Positions 48,034 to 56,689 of a stretch of DNA of 64,000 nt are shown here, piece by piece; position 1 is the stretch's first letter; each line of letters starts with the position of its first letter. The stretch spans positions 159,950 through 223,949 of the forward strand of contig JBKQQP010000029.1 of assembly GCA_052144335.1 (NCBI GenBank), written 5' to 3'. This stretch comes from Syntrophales bacterium (GTDB taxonomy: Bacteria > Desulfobacterota > Syntrophia > Syntrophales > UBA2185). The notes under the pieces were generated by a model that was given only the letters and a program-made list of their open reading frames with translations, was not told the DNA's origin and made no database searches. The translations under genes and the position numbers were made by a program.

Positions 48034-48375
48034 ATGAAAAAATATGTTCTTTTTGCTCTGCTACTTATTTTCATGAACAGTTTTTCGAGTCCGTGCCATG
48101 CATTGACGCCCGATCAGATCATAAAGTTAAAAAAGGCAGGCGTCAGTGACAAGACGATTCAAATGATGCTCGAGCAGGAGAGGGATGCGAAACAGGAGAA
48201 TCCCTCAGACGCGATCGGCGTGAGGGAAGTGAAGGATAAGGATGGCAACATTGTTACAGTATACTCTACCGGCCGTCCTACAAAAGAAAGCCCTGGTGAT
48301 ACTGAAGAAGCGAAGGTGGAGAACGCATGGAAGATGTTGCAGAACATGGTCATCGATAATAGGAATAGGAAGTGA
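48034..48375 (+). CDS. Small exported hypothetical protein
   Basis: The ATG at 48034 has a GGAAGGA RBS. Signal peptide MKKYVLFALLLIFMNSFSSPCHA. No family recognised. Confidence 0.5.
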   Translation: MKKYVLFALLLIFMNSFSSPCHALTPDQIIKLKKAGVSDKTIQMMLEQERDAKQENPSDAIGVREVKDKDGNIVTVYSTGRPTKESPGDTEEAKVENAWKMLQNMVIDNRNRK

Positions 48376-48379
48376 GATT

Positions 48380-49237
48380 GTGATTAGCGAAGACGGTAAA
48401 GATCAGGGAACAAGAAAAACGAAGCTCGCTGAACAGAAAAATAATAAAAACATTTATTACCAGGAAATGCATGGTGTTCTGGAGAAGGCGTTTCAGGATA
48501 CATTTACTGAAGAACTTGTACCCGGCATCGTTCATAATTTTGCTAATCCTTTAAATGGCATCATGGGGCGCTCCAGGTTGCTGCAGAGAAAATTAATGGA
48601 TATTATGAAGAGCCCAGATGTAGAAAAGGATATATCTTATCAAGAGAATAATAAAAAACTAGTCCGTGACGTTGACTCTATAGCGCGTGAGGCTGATAGA
48701 CTCTCTGGCCTTCTTCAGACCGTAATGGGGAAATTTTGTGCAATCAGTGATCGGACTGTGCAGAAAGTGAATCTATCCGAGATCATCGAAATGGAGATGA
48801 AGTTTTTCGATTTTTATCTGGATTTCAAGCATAGCGTCAAGAAAACTTTGCAACTCGACAGAGAACTGCCGGAGGTCAGGGGAGCACCTGCTGACTATTC
48901 CCTAGCCTTTTCTACATTGATCAGGTATGCAACGGGCGCCATGAAGGACAGCGCCCTAAAGGAATTACATATTTCAACGCAACTTGAAAATGGACAGATA
49001 CGCGTGAAGATCCAGAATCGAGGGGGTCCCATTTCCTATGATCTGAAAAGCTTATTGCTCGATGAAGCGCAGGAGTGCGCTTCTTCTCCCGCAGGAACCG
49101 CGGAAAGGACACTGTTATGCGCCTTTTCGCTGTTAAGGAAATGGGGTGCCAGCTTTGACATAACGAGTGAAAATGATTTGAACACTATTATCGTATTGAT
49201 GCCTTTTTACCAGGCAAAACATCAATTCGGCGATTAA
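48380..49237 (+). CDS. Histidine-kinase-like protein with H-box but degenerate ATP-binding boxes
   Basis: The GTG at 48380 has an AGGAAG RBS 7 nt upstream, just after the previous stop. H-box-like VHNFANPLNGIMGRSRLL is present. I see no Asn N-box and no GxGLGL G2 box, and G1 is reduced to QNRGGPI. No TM or sensor domain. Confidence 0.5.
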   Translation: MISEDGKDQGTRKTKLAEQKNNKNIYYQEMHGVLEKAFQDTFTEELVPGIVHNFANPLNGIMGRSRLLQRKLMDIMKSPDVEKDISYQENNKKLVRDVDSIAREADRLSGLLQTVMGKFCAISDRTVQKVNLSEIIEMEMKFFDFYLDFKHSVKKTLQLDRELPEVRGAPADYSLAFSTLIRYATGAMKDSALKELHISTQLENGQIRVKIQNRGGPISYDLKSLLLDEAQECASSPAGTAERTLLCAFSLLRKWGASFDITSENDLNTIIVLMPFYQAKHQFGD

Positions 49238-49453
49238 AGTTAAAGAGCTGTTATGACGATTAATAATATACGTATCTTTATGTTGTATTGCCGTAGTGAG
49301 CCTATGGCGGGTTGCACGGAGTAAGATTGGCAGAAGGCAATTCATTTCTTACTGATTGTGCATCACATTGTCCTGGAGGAAGGGAATGCTGTGATAGCGA
49401 GGAACGCAGATTTTCCCAGGTCGCTGAGGATGAAAAAAGGGGGCTCTTGAGTC

Positions 49454-49774
49454 ATGCTTAGACCCGTTGATTTACAGCAAATATTGACTCAGTCCAATTC
49501 CATGGAGCGTATCCAGCAGACGCAGCAGCAGCATCCGGACATGCAGCAGAGGTATTTTAGTGTTCAGTTGAGTGAGGAGAGGAAGCTTCTGAAAGAGACA
49601 GTAAAAAACTCTGAAGAAACGGAAAAATCCAAAATAAGAGATGAAGAAGGTAAAGAGGGGCATCAGAAGAAGACAAAATCAGAAGCAGAAAATACAGGAA
49701 AGATGGAAATGAAGCAAGAGACTGGAGATACTGATGACGCTAATCAGGGTGGTCTGATTGATATAAAGGTCTGA
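49454..49774 (+). CDS. Hypothetical Gln/Glu/Lys-rich protein (106 aa)
   Basis: ORF inside the flagellar locus on the same strand, with a 1-nt gap to the next gene. The N-terminal VDLQQIL...QQTQQQHPDMQQRYF looks like a conserved module. No family recognised with certainty. Confidence 0.45.
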   Translation: MLRPVDLQQILTQSNSMERIQQTQQQHPDMQQRYFSVQLSEERKLLKETVKNSEETEKSKIRDEEGKEGHQKKTKSEAENTGKMEMKQETGDTDDANQGGLIDIKV

Positions 49775-49775
49775 T

Positions 49776-50246
49776 ATGATCACGAACTTACTGCTTGTTT
49801 GCTTGCTTATTGCTGATGTTATCTTGTGTCTTGCAATTATAATTCTAATTGTCATAGTCAACAGGGGGCTCAAGAAAGGGCGAGGAGGACCTGATGAAAA
49901 CTCCCTTATGGAATTTAGGAACCTGCTTAACGAGTCTCAGGTTTCTACGAATCATCTCCTGGAAGTCATGAACGACAGCAGGAGGGCGCTAAAAGAGATC
50001 GCCTATGTCCTGGAGGAAAAAGAAGGCAAGTTGAGAGCCTTGGTTGAAGAATCAAAGACTGAATATGAAAAGCTCTTGGCCGTCGTTCCTCATACCGATA
50101 AGGATAAGTTGGATAAGGGGTATGCGGATGTCATTGCCATGGTTAAGCAGGGCCTGGCTAAAAAGGAAATATGTAAGAGATTAGAACTGACGGAAGGGGA
50201 GATAGATCTTATTATTGATCTCGATAGTACGAGGCATAAGTCTTAA
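49776..50246 (+). CDS. Membrane-anchored protein with C-terminal HTH-like motif (DUF2802-like, flagellar-operon associated)
   Basis: N-terminal TM helix. C-terminus GYADVIAMVKQGLAKKEICKRLELTEGEIDLIIDL resembles the DUF2802 signature as I remember it. Not searched. Confidence 0.5.
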   Translation: MITNLLLVCLLIADVILCLAIIILIVIVNRGLKKGRGGPDENSLMEFRNLLNESQVSTNHLLEVMNDSRRALKEIAYVLEEKEGKLRALVEESKTEYEKLLAVVPHTDKDKLDKGYADVIAMVKQGLAKKEICKRLELTEGEIDLIIDLDSTRHKS

Positions 50247-50261
50247 ATATAAGAATATCTG

Positions 50262-51413
50262 ATGGCTTTCATTGTTATTCCAACGATTTCCAATCCTAAA
50301 CTAAATCAAGCACAGTTCCACAGCAAAAATTCAATCCCTTTTCCGGGCATATCAATTGGTGAAATACTGGAAGCTGGCGTTATCGATAATATGGATAATC
50401 AGAAGATGCTGATAACGCTCAAGGGTGTCAGTATGTCGGCGGATTCTGAAGTTCATCTAAATGCCGGTGATAAGATCCAGGTAAGGGTGGAAACCACTTA
50501 TCCTCAGTTAGTCTTACGCATCATTGGAGGAGGGTACTCGGAGGAATCCAATCTTGCAGACTACCTGAGATGGTATAGGTCAAATCCTGAGGCTTTATCA
50601 AACATGATGACAGAGGCCATCAAAGAATTTAATTCAGCCGATCTCGGCAAGCTCTCACGTTATCTTCCTGGGGCGGATTTTCAGAAAATATTCGCTATGC
50701 TAAAATCACTGCTCTTTTCGACGGAGACAAAGGGCAGTAATTTTGTCAGGGACTATCTTAGCAACCTTGGTCTCACGAGGGAAAGTCAGTTGAGAAAGGT
50801 TATTGAAGGAAGATCTAATATTGGCAATGGCGATCTTCAAGGTGAAAGTCTTAAGGGGCTGTTGACAAAGATGTCTTCCGATCTTCATAATCTTTTGATG
50901 AACAACGACTGCCTTGACGGCGAAGAAAAAATCGCACTGGACAGTCTCTCTAAGTATGTTAATTCGTCTCTTAAGACAATTGAATCCCATCAGATTATTA
51001 ATATCATTTTGCAAGAGGCCGAGAACAAGTATCTCTTCCAGATCCCTATTGTCTTCCCTGAAGGCGCAAGAAAAGGGGACATATTTGTAGAATATGACGG
51101 TCATTCCAAAAAAAAGGGAGAGAAAGATCGATATCGCATAATTTTCTTTTTGAGCATGGATGTTCTGGGTGACATGATGATCGATGCAGGGATGAAAGGA
51201 GACAAGATCGACTGTATTGTGAAATGTGTGAATAGGGATGTGTGTGAATTTGTATCTTCCTTCCTCGAAGAACTTCGGGAAAGCCTTCTCGCTCTCGGCT
51301 GCAAGATTGACATGGTCAAATGCATTGCGGAAGGGAATTTAGCAAAGGAAAGAGTAGATTATTATCAAAATAGCGTATTGTATAGCAGGGGAGTAATTAA
51401 TCTCTTTGCGTAA
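50262..51413 (+). CDS. FliK-C-terminal-domain-like protein (partner gene of the FlhB-C paralogue)
   Basis: 383 aa. The C-terminal third (YLFQIPIVFPEGARKGDIFVEYD...RIIFFLSMDVLGDMMIDAGMKGDKIDCIV...LEELRESLLALGCKI) has the pattern of the Flg_hook domain (L.L.P..LG...v.....g.l.v.f...L...L...G). The similarity is weak and was judged by eye. Confidence 0.45.
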   Translation: MAFIVIPTISNPKLNQAQFHSKNSIPFPGISIGEILEAGVIDNMDNQKMLITLKGVSMSADSEVHLNAGDKIQVRVETTYPQLVLRIIGGGYSEESNLADYLRWYRSNPEALSNMMTEAIKEFNSADLGKLSRYLPGADFQKIFAMLKSLLFSTETKGSNFVRDYLSNLGLTRESQLRKVIEGRSNIGNGDLQGESLKGLLTKMSSDLHNLLMNNDCLDGEEKIALDSLSKYVNSSLKTIESHQIINIILQEAENKYLFQIPIVFPEGARKGDIFVEYDGHSKKKGEKDRYRIIFFLSMDVLGDMMIDAGMKGDKIDCIVKCVNRDVCEFVSSFLEELRESLLALGCKIDMVKCIAEGNLAKERVDYYQNSVLYSRGVINLFA

Positions 51414-51531
51414 GTGATGTAAGGAGCTTTCCCGGAATCGTTATTGTTTTGGCTCAATATTTTCCCCGACCGTGAGAAGAGAAGCCTCTCTTACCGGGAA
51501 TTTCGCAATTGAGTTCAGACAGGAAATCACA

Positions 51532-51828
51532 ATGGCAAGAAAAGATGAAAAGGTACGTATGGCGGCGGCTCTGAAATATGATCCCCAGAAGGACGCTGCT
51601 CCACTACTTACTGCTAAAGGTCGCGGCTTTGTCGCGGAAAAGATAATTGATATAGCAAAGAGAAACAGGATACCTATCAAAGAAGATGCGAATCTCGTCC
51701 AGATTTTGAGTAAACTTGAAATTGATGAGCAGATCCCCCCCGTCTTGTACAAGGTTGTTGCTGAGATACTTGCCTTTGTCTATTCTCTTAATGAGAAGCT
51801 AAGAGGGGAAAAATTTTCCCGGCCATAA
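51532..51828 (+). CDS. Stand-alone FlhB C-terminal-domain paralogue (FhlB/YlqH-like)
   Basis: AAALKYDPQKDAAPLLTAKGRGFVAEKIIDIAKRNRIPIKEDANLVQILSKLEIDEQIPPVLYKVVAEILAFVYSL aligns by eye with FlhB 41428 residues after the NPDH site ([51 protein letters not shown]...IPENLYKAVAEVLAYVYGL). Confidence 0.8.
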   Translation: MARKDEKVRMAAALKYDPQKDAAPLLTAKGRGFVAEKIIDIAKRNRIPIKEDANLVQILSKLEIDEQIPPVLYKVVAEILAFVYSLNEKLRGEKFSRP

Positions 51829-51948
51829 CTATTTGCCTACCCTCATCGGATCCGGCGTGATCCACTTTGCCGGATGGCTCGTCCTATTACTATGTGCCCC
51901 GATGACATCTAAGAAATATTCTTTAATTTCCTGAACTTATACTCCATA

Positions 51949-51964
51949 TGGTTTTGTCTTTGCA
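51949..51964 (+). promoter_or_regulatory. sigma54 -24/-12 promoter candidate, distal (TGGTTTTGTCTTTGCA)
   Basis: Exact spacing. Nearly identical to the flgN promoter at 57156. Confidence 0.55.
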
Positions 51965-52006
51965 GCTCATGATCCCAGCGTCCAAGATACGCAGTTCTTC
52001 GCTCAT

Positions 52007-52022
52007 TGGCATGTGAATTGCA
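52007..52022 (+). promoter_or_regulatory. sigma54 -24/-12 promoter candidate, proximal (TGGCATGTGAATTGCA)
   Basis: Exact spacing, 35 nt upstream of the flgF ATG at 52057. It overlaps the TTG that the ORF track uses as the start. Confidence 0.7.
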
Positions 52023-52056
52023 GTTTGGAGGCTCAAAGGGAGAGAGGTTAAGAGTA

Positions 52057-52755
52057 ATGATCTACGGCATCATGGCAAATGTTTACCAGCAGACATTCGA
52101 TCAGCTGGATTTCATCACAAACAATGTCGCCAACAGCAATACCAATGGATTCAAGGTGGTGAAGTTATATCACAATGCGCCCGATCCGGAAAAAGAAACG
52201 GCATTTATTCCTCAGATCGTCGTCGATTATTCCCCCGGCACGATACAGAAGACCGACAATCCCCTAGATGTTGCTGTTGATGGTGAGGGATTTTTTGCTA
52301 TTCAGTCTGAACAAGGCGAGAGTTACACAAGGCAGGGCAATTTCACAATCGACAAAGATGGTAATTTAGTTACGGCGGATGGTGACTATGTCCTTGGTAA
52401 ATCAGGTAACAAAATCAAGATTACTGATGGCGAAATAAATATAGGCGAAAAAGGTGGTATTTCAGTAGCTGGCAATCCTGTTGATACTTTGAAAATAGTG
52501 AGTTTCAATAATCCCCAGGCGTTAGTGAAGGTGAAGGGATGTCTTTACGCAGATCCCGGTAACGCCGGCCTTGCTGACAAGAATGACCCTTCAGTCAAGC
52601 AGGGGCATATTGAACTCTCAAATGTGCAAATAGTAAAAGAGATGGCAGATATGATCGATCTTCATCGTTCTGTGGAGATATACCAAAAGGTCATACAGAC
52701 AACGGCGGATCAAGACAAGTTATCGACAAGTCAACTAGGAAGATTAGCAGCATGA
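52057..52755 (+). CDS. flgF: Flagellar basal-body rod protein FlgF
   Basis: N-terminal FITNNVANSNTNGFK and C-terminal ELSNVQIVKEMADMIDLHRSVEIYQK. Immediately precedes flgG. Confidence 0.8.
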   Translation: MIYGIMANVYQQTFDQLDFITNNVANSNTNGFKVVKLYHNAPDPEKETAFIPQIVVDYSPGTIQKTDNPLDVAVDGEGFFAIQSEQGESYTRQGNFTIDKDGNLVTADGDYVLGKSGNKIKITDGEINIGEKGGISVAGNPVDTLKIVSFNNPQALVKVKGCLYADPGNAGLADKNDPSVKQGHIELSNVQIVKEMADMIDLHRSVEIYQKVIQTTADQDKLSTSQLGRLAA

Positions 52756-52789
52756 TGAGATCATGAGGGCATGAATAGGGAGGTTTTAC

Positions 52790-53575
52790 ATGATAAGGGC
52801 CTTATGGACAGCAGGAACCGGGATGGAAGCGCTACAGACCAATCTGGATGTGATTGCGAACAACCTGGCCAACGTAAATACCACAGGTTTTAAGAAATCA
52901 CGGGCTGATTTTCAGGATATGCTCTACCAGACAACTAAGAAAGCCGGAACGGAAACGTCTTCAGGGAGCCAGTTGCCAGTCGGTGTAGAAGTCGGTATGG
53001 GTTCAAAAATAATGTCAACTACAAGAATGTTTACACAGGGCGATGTCCAGCAGACTGATAGTCCATACGACTGGGTCATTCAGGGTGATGGTTTTTTCCA
53101 GCTGGTCGATAACAATGGGCGCACGATTTATACAAGAGCAGGGAGTTTCATGACCAACAACAATGGTACTCTGGTCAATGGTAATGGCCTCACGCTAACT
53201 CCTCAGGTGAGCATTCCGCAAGCAGCTGTTAGCTTTCAGATACTCGATGATGGGACATGGTCAGCAACGGATGCTAATGAAAACAAACTGGCAACTGGCA
53301 GAATTCAACTTGCTCGTTTTATCAATCCTTCCGGCCTGAAAAGTATAGGCAACAACTGTTACGACATAACGGACGCTTCCGGATCTGCTGTAACGGGAAA
53401 CCCGGGTGTCACAGGGTTTGGCACCATCCAACAGAATGCCGTCGAGATGTCTAATGTCAACGTTGTTGAAGAGATGGTCAATATGATTGCCGCGCAGAGG
53501 GCTTATGAAATGAACACTAAAGCCATACAAACAGCCGACCAGATTCTGCAGATGATAAGCAATTTGAAAAAGTAA
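52790..53575 (+). CDS. flgG: Flagellar distal rod protein FlgG
   Basis: Contains MIRALWTAGTGMEALQTNLDVIANNLANVNTTGFKK and C-terminal VEMSNVNVVEEMVNMIAAQRAYEMNTK. Confidence 0.95.
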   Translation: MIRALWTAGTGMEALQTNLDVIANNLANVNTTGFKKSRADFQDMLYQTTKKAGTETSSGSQLPVGVEVGMGSKIMSTTRMFTQGDVQQTDSPYDWVIQGDGFFQLVDNNGRTIYTRAGSFMTNNNGTLVNGNGLTLTPQVSIPQAAVSFQILDDGTWSATDANENKLATGRIQLARFINPSGLKSIGNNCYDITDASGSAVTGNPGVTGFGTIQQNAVEMSNVNVVEEMVNMIAAQRAYEMNTKAIQTADQILQMISNLKK

Positions 53576-53603
53576 AAGGGTGGTGAAGTTTGAGGAATAG
53601 GCA

Positions 53604-54332
53604 ATGAAGATTCGGGCATTAACTATCATGGTGTTTTTTTTCGCAATGTATTTTCTGGCTGGTGTCGTTTCATCGTCGCTTGCGGCACAAGATAGGGTCA
53701 TCAAAGGAGCAGAGATAAAGGCGTTGGTAAAAGATTATATAGAAACGAATATGCCTTGGCAGCAATATGGCATGAGGATAGATTTCTTGAATAGAATATC
53801 TGACCTGCATGTGCAGGGAGAGAAAATCAGTTGCAGAGTCACAAGTGGGCAGGAAGAAGCCTATATAGGCGATTCAAGCTTTACTGTGGGTGTCTACGAT
53901 GACTGTACACTTTTGCGTGAGGAAAGGGTCCATGTTAGGATGGCAGTAGAAATGGACGTCGTGATGAGTACTAAATACCTGATGAGGGATAGGGAAATAG
54001 ATTCCGACAGTGTCAAGCTTGTACGGAAGTGGTTTACCCAGATGCCAGTTTATGTGGTGACACAAATAGAGGATGTGGTGGGGAAGCAGCCCTATAGCGA
54101 TATAAGACAGAATATGGAGATCAAGAGAAATATGCTAAAGGCTGTTAAGACCATGAAACGGGGGAAGATGGTAAAGATAGTACTTGAAAAAGGTTCCATG
54201 ACGATCATAACATTTGGCATCTGCGAGGAAGATGGAAGTCGCGGCGATTACGTAAAAATAAGGAATACATCGTCAAATAAAATGGTTTATGCCAGGATTA
54301 TGGACGATTCTTCCGTCAGAGTAGAATTTTAA
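53604..54332 (+). CDS. flgA: Flagellar P-ring assembly chaperone FlgA
   Basis: Signal peptide and a C-terminal SAF-type region (VKRGKMVKIVLEKGSMTIITFGICEEDGSRGDYVKIRNTSSNKMVYARI). Position is before flgH and flgI. Confidence 0.85.
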   Translation: MKIRALTIMVFFFAMYFLAGVVSSSLAAQDRVIKGAEIKALVKDYIETNMPWQQYGMRIDFLNRISDLHVQGEKISCRVTSGQEEAYIGDSSFTVGVYDDCTLLREERVHVRMAVEMDVVMSTKYLMRDREIDSDSVKLVRKWFTQMPVYVVTQIEDVVGKQPYSDIRQNMEIKRNMLKAVKTMKRGKMVKIVLEKGSMTIITFGICEEDGSRGDYVKIRNTSSNKMVYARIMDDSSVRVEF

Positions 54333-54343
54333 GGGGCAATAAA

Positions 54344-55039
54344 ATGACAGGCTACAGACGGATTAAATCTTTATTCATATTTTGTGTGTTGATCTGCGCT
54401 GCAGGGTGTTCATCCAACCTTTATGTTAAGGCGGATTACCCCCAGAACATTTCACAAGAGACTAAAAGGGAACCTCTACCTGGATCTCTCTGGGCAGGCG
54501 AAAATGCTGGTAATTCACTCTTTTCCGACAGAAGAGCACGGAATCTAAACGACGTCGTAACAATTGTGGTGAGTGAGACGGCCACAGGGAGTAATAACGG
54601 AAACACAACTACCAGCAGGGACACAACTACAACTGCCGCGGTTACGAATCTATTGGGACTAGAAGCGGCGATACAGGATATCCTCAGAAAGGGTACGAGC
54701 GGCATAAACGTCGCTGGCACGCAGTCGAATTCTCTCAAGGGAGTGGGATCATCAGAGCGGGACGGCAACTTGACGGCAACAATATCGGCGAGAGTTGTGA
54801 AAATTATGGGAAACGGCACTTTTCTTATAGAGGGGAGAAAACAGGTTACTATCAATGCTGAAGATCAGTATCTGATCATCACTGGTATTATTAGACCTGA
54901 TGATATCGCATTAGATAATACTGTCCAGTCGCAGTATATTGCCGATGCCAAGCTCGTTTACACAGGAAAAGGTGTAGTAAATGACAAAATGAGGCCGGGT
55001 TGGCTCACTCGCATTGTGGACTGGGTATGGCCGTTCTAG
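54344..55039 (+). CDS. flgH: Flagellar L-ring lipoprotein FlgH
   Basis: Lipobox AAGC. Contains SLFSDRRARNLNDVVTIVVSE and the C-terminal GWLTRIVDWVWPF motif. Confidence 0.95.
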   Translation: MTGYRRIKSLFIFCVLICAAGCSSNLYVKADYPQNISQETKREPLPGSLWAGENAGNSLFSDRRARNLNDVVTIVVSETATGSNNGNTTTSRDTTTTAAVTNLLGLEAAIQDILRKGTSGINVAGTQSNSLKGVGSSERDGNLTATISARVVKIMGNGTFLIEGRKQVTINAEDQYLIITGIIRPDDIALDNTVQSQYIADAKLVYTGKGVVNDKMRPGWLTRIVDWVWPF

Positions 55040-55062
55040 CAATCTGAAGGGTGGAAGAAGGC

Positions 55063-56250
55063 ATGTTGAAACGTTCGACAAATATGATCAAAATATGTGG
55101 AATAATAACGTGTATCCTTTTCTATGTAATTTTTGCCGGCAGCGTGCATGCAGCGAGAATAAAAGATATTGCGAGCATTGGCGGGGTCAGGGATAACCAA
55201 CTGATCGGTTATTCATTGGTTGTCGGCTTGAACGGCACAGGTGATGATTTGACGAACGGATTTACGGCAATAACGCTAATTAATATGTTGAAGCGACAGG
55301 GACTAATGATACCTAGCAATACAGATATGAAGGCGGACAACATTGCGGCGGTCATGGTAACCGCAAAATTGCCGCCTTTTGAAAAAGCAGGTTCAAGGAT
55401 TGATGTCGAAGTTTCCTCTATCGGTAATTCGAAGAGTCTTTTGGGTGGTACGTTGCTAATGACTCTGCTTAGAGGCGTAGACGGAGAGGTTTACGCTGTG
55501 GCCCAAGGACCGGTTGCCATTGGCGGCTTTGCGGCGAGTGGTGCTGCAGGTGGAGGTGTTACAAAGAACCACACAACTGCCGGGCGGATTACAAACGGTG
55601 CCATCGTTGAGAAAGAGCTACCATACGAATTTGGTAAAAACAGCACTCTCTCCATAAATCTCTATCAGTCTGATTTCACGACATCAGCCCGCTTGGCGGA
55701 GGTTATCAACAGTTCATTGCACGATGTTGAGGCAAATCTTGTAGACTCAAGCTCTGTTGCTGTAAAGATCAAAAATAATGTGGGAATGAATGTGGTGCGA
55801 CTTGTTTCGCTTATAGAAAACCTCGATGTTCCAGTTGATTCTGTCGCTGTTGTAGTTATGAATGAAAAGACAGGCACCGTTGTCATGGGTGAGAATGTAA
55901 GGATAGCCACCGTAGCTATAGCTCATGGAAACCTGAGCATTCAAATAAAAGAGGAGAAAAAGGTTTCCCAACCGCTTCCATACGCTCCGGGGGCGCCTGC
56001 CGGGAGTGCTGCACCAACCCAAAAAGGAGGTGTGATAATGGCTCCTGGAGGGCAGACAGTGGTGACTCCTGAGAGTCAAGTGACCGTGGCAGAGGAAAAG
56101 AAGAAATTGCTTGTTGTGCCGAGGGGGGTCACCATTCAGGAAGTAGTGAGTGCTCTAAATGCAATCGGCGTTTCGCCGAGGGATCTCATTACCATTATGC
56201 AGGCTATAAAGGCCGCTGGGGCACTTCAGGCTGATTTGAGAATTATATAA
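55063..56250 (+). CDS. flgI: Flagellar P-ring protein FlgI
   Basis: Signal peptide followed by ARIKDIASIGGVRDNQLIGYSLVVGLNGTGD. C-terminus LNAIGVSPRDLITIMQAIKAAGALQADL. The track start at 55051 is a GTG. Confidence 0.95.
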   Translation: MLKRSTNMIKICGIITCILFYVIFAGSVHAARIKDIASIGGVRDNQLIGYSLVVGLNGTGDDLTNGFTAITLINMLKRQGLMIPSNTDMKADNIAAVMVTAKLPPFEKAGSRIDVEVSSIGNSKSLLGGTLLMTLLRGVDGEVYAVAQGPVAIGGFAASGAAGGGVTKNHTTAGRITNGAIVEKELPYEFGKNSTLSINLYQSDFTTSARLAEVINSSLHDVEANLVDSSSVAVKIKNNVGMNVVRLVSLIENLDVPVDSVAVVVMNEKTGTVVMGENVRIATVAIAHGNLSIQIKEEKKVSQPLPYAPGAPAGSAAPTQKGGVIMAPGGQTVVTPESQVTVAEEKKKLLVVPRGVTIQEVVSALNAIGVSPRDLITIMQAIKAAGALQADLRII

Positions 56251-56316
56251 AGGAAAATGTAGACTTTTTATGAAGTTCTCATAAAAGATGAGTGAGCCAT
56301 AAGAAGGTTAGGTATC

Positions 56317-56640
56317 ATGGCCGATGTTGCAACAGTTAAAGCACAGACTACGAGCCAGGAGATTCTTCAGAAAAGAATTGGTGCAGTGGAGAGTGAAGAT
56401 GCCCTTAAAAAAGAAGAAAAACTGAAAAAGGCTTGTGCCAATTTCGAATCTATCCTCACCTATTACATGTTTAAGACAATGAGGCAAAGCATTCCCCAGA
56501 ATGGTTATTTTAAACAGAATCCCGGCAAAGATACTTATTATATGCTGTTTGATCAAAAAGTTGCCGAAGAGATGTCAAATAAAGGGAAAGGAGCGGGCTT
56601 ACAGCAAGCCCTTTTCAACCAGTTAAGCAATCATCGCTAA
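56317..56640 (+). CDS. flgJ: FlgJ N-terminal rod-binding domain protein (no muramidase domain)
   Basis: 107 aa. ACANFESILTYYMFKTMRQS is the rod-binding domain signature. The ORF ends without a glucosaminidase domain. Confidence 0.8.
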   Translation: MADVATVKAQTTSQEILQKRIGAVESEDALKKEEKLKKACANFESILTYYMFKTMRQSIPQNGYFKQNPGKDTYYMLFDQKVAEEMSNKGKGAGLQQALFNQLSNHR

Positions 56641-56661
56641 GAGCGATATGAAAGGTTTTAT

Positions 56662-56689
56662 TAAAGTTTTGCTGTCTTCTTGCCGATAA
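56662..56689 (+). promoter_or_regulatory. sigma28 (FliA) promoter candidate: TAAAGTTT-N12-GCCGATAA
   Basis: Near-perfect match to the enteric/Bacillus sigma28 consensus TAAA-N15/16-GCCGATAA, 37 nt upstream of the flgM ATG. Confidence 0.75.

Noticed and set aside
49238-49453. Promoter search in the 216-nt gap before the 49454 ORF (TGGAGGAAGGGAATGC, TGGCGGGTTGCA, TAAAGAGC...).
   Set aside because: The GG-to-GC spacings are off by one or more bases, and there is no GCCGATAA-like -10 element. No supported promoter was found.
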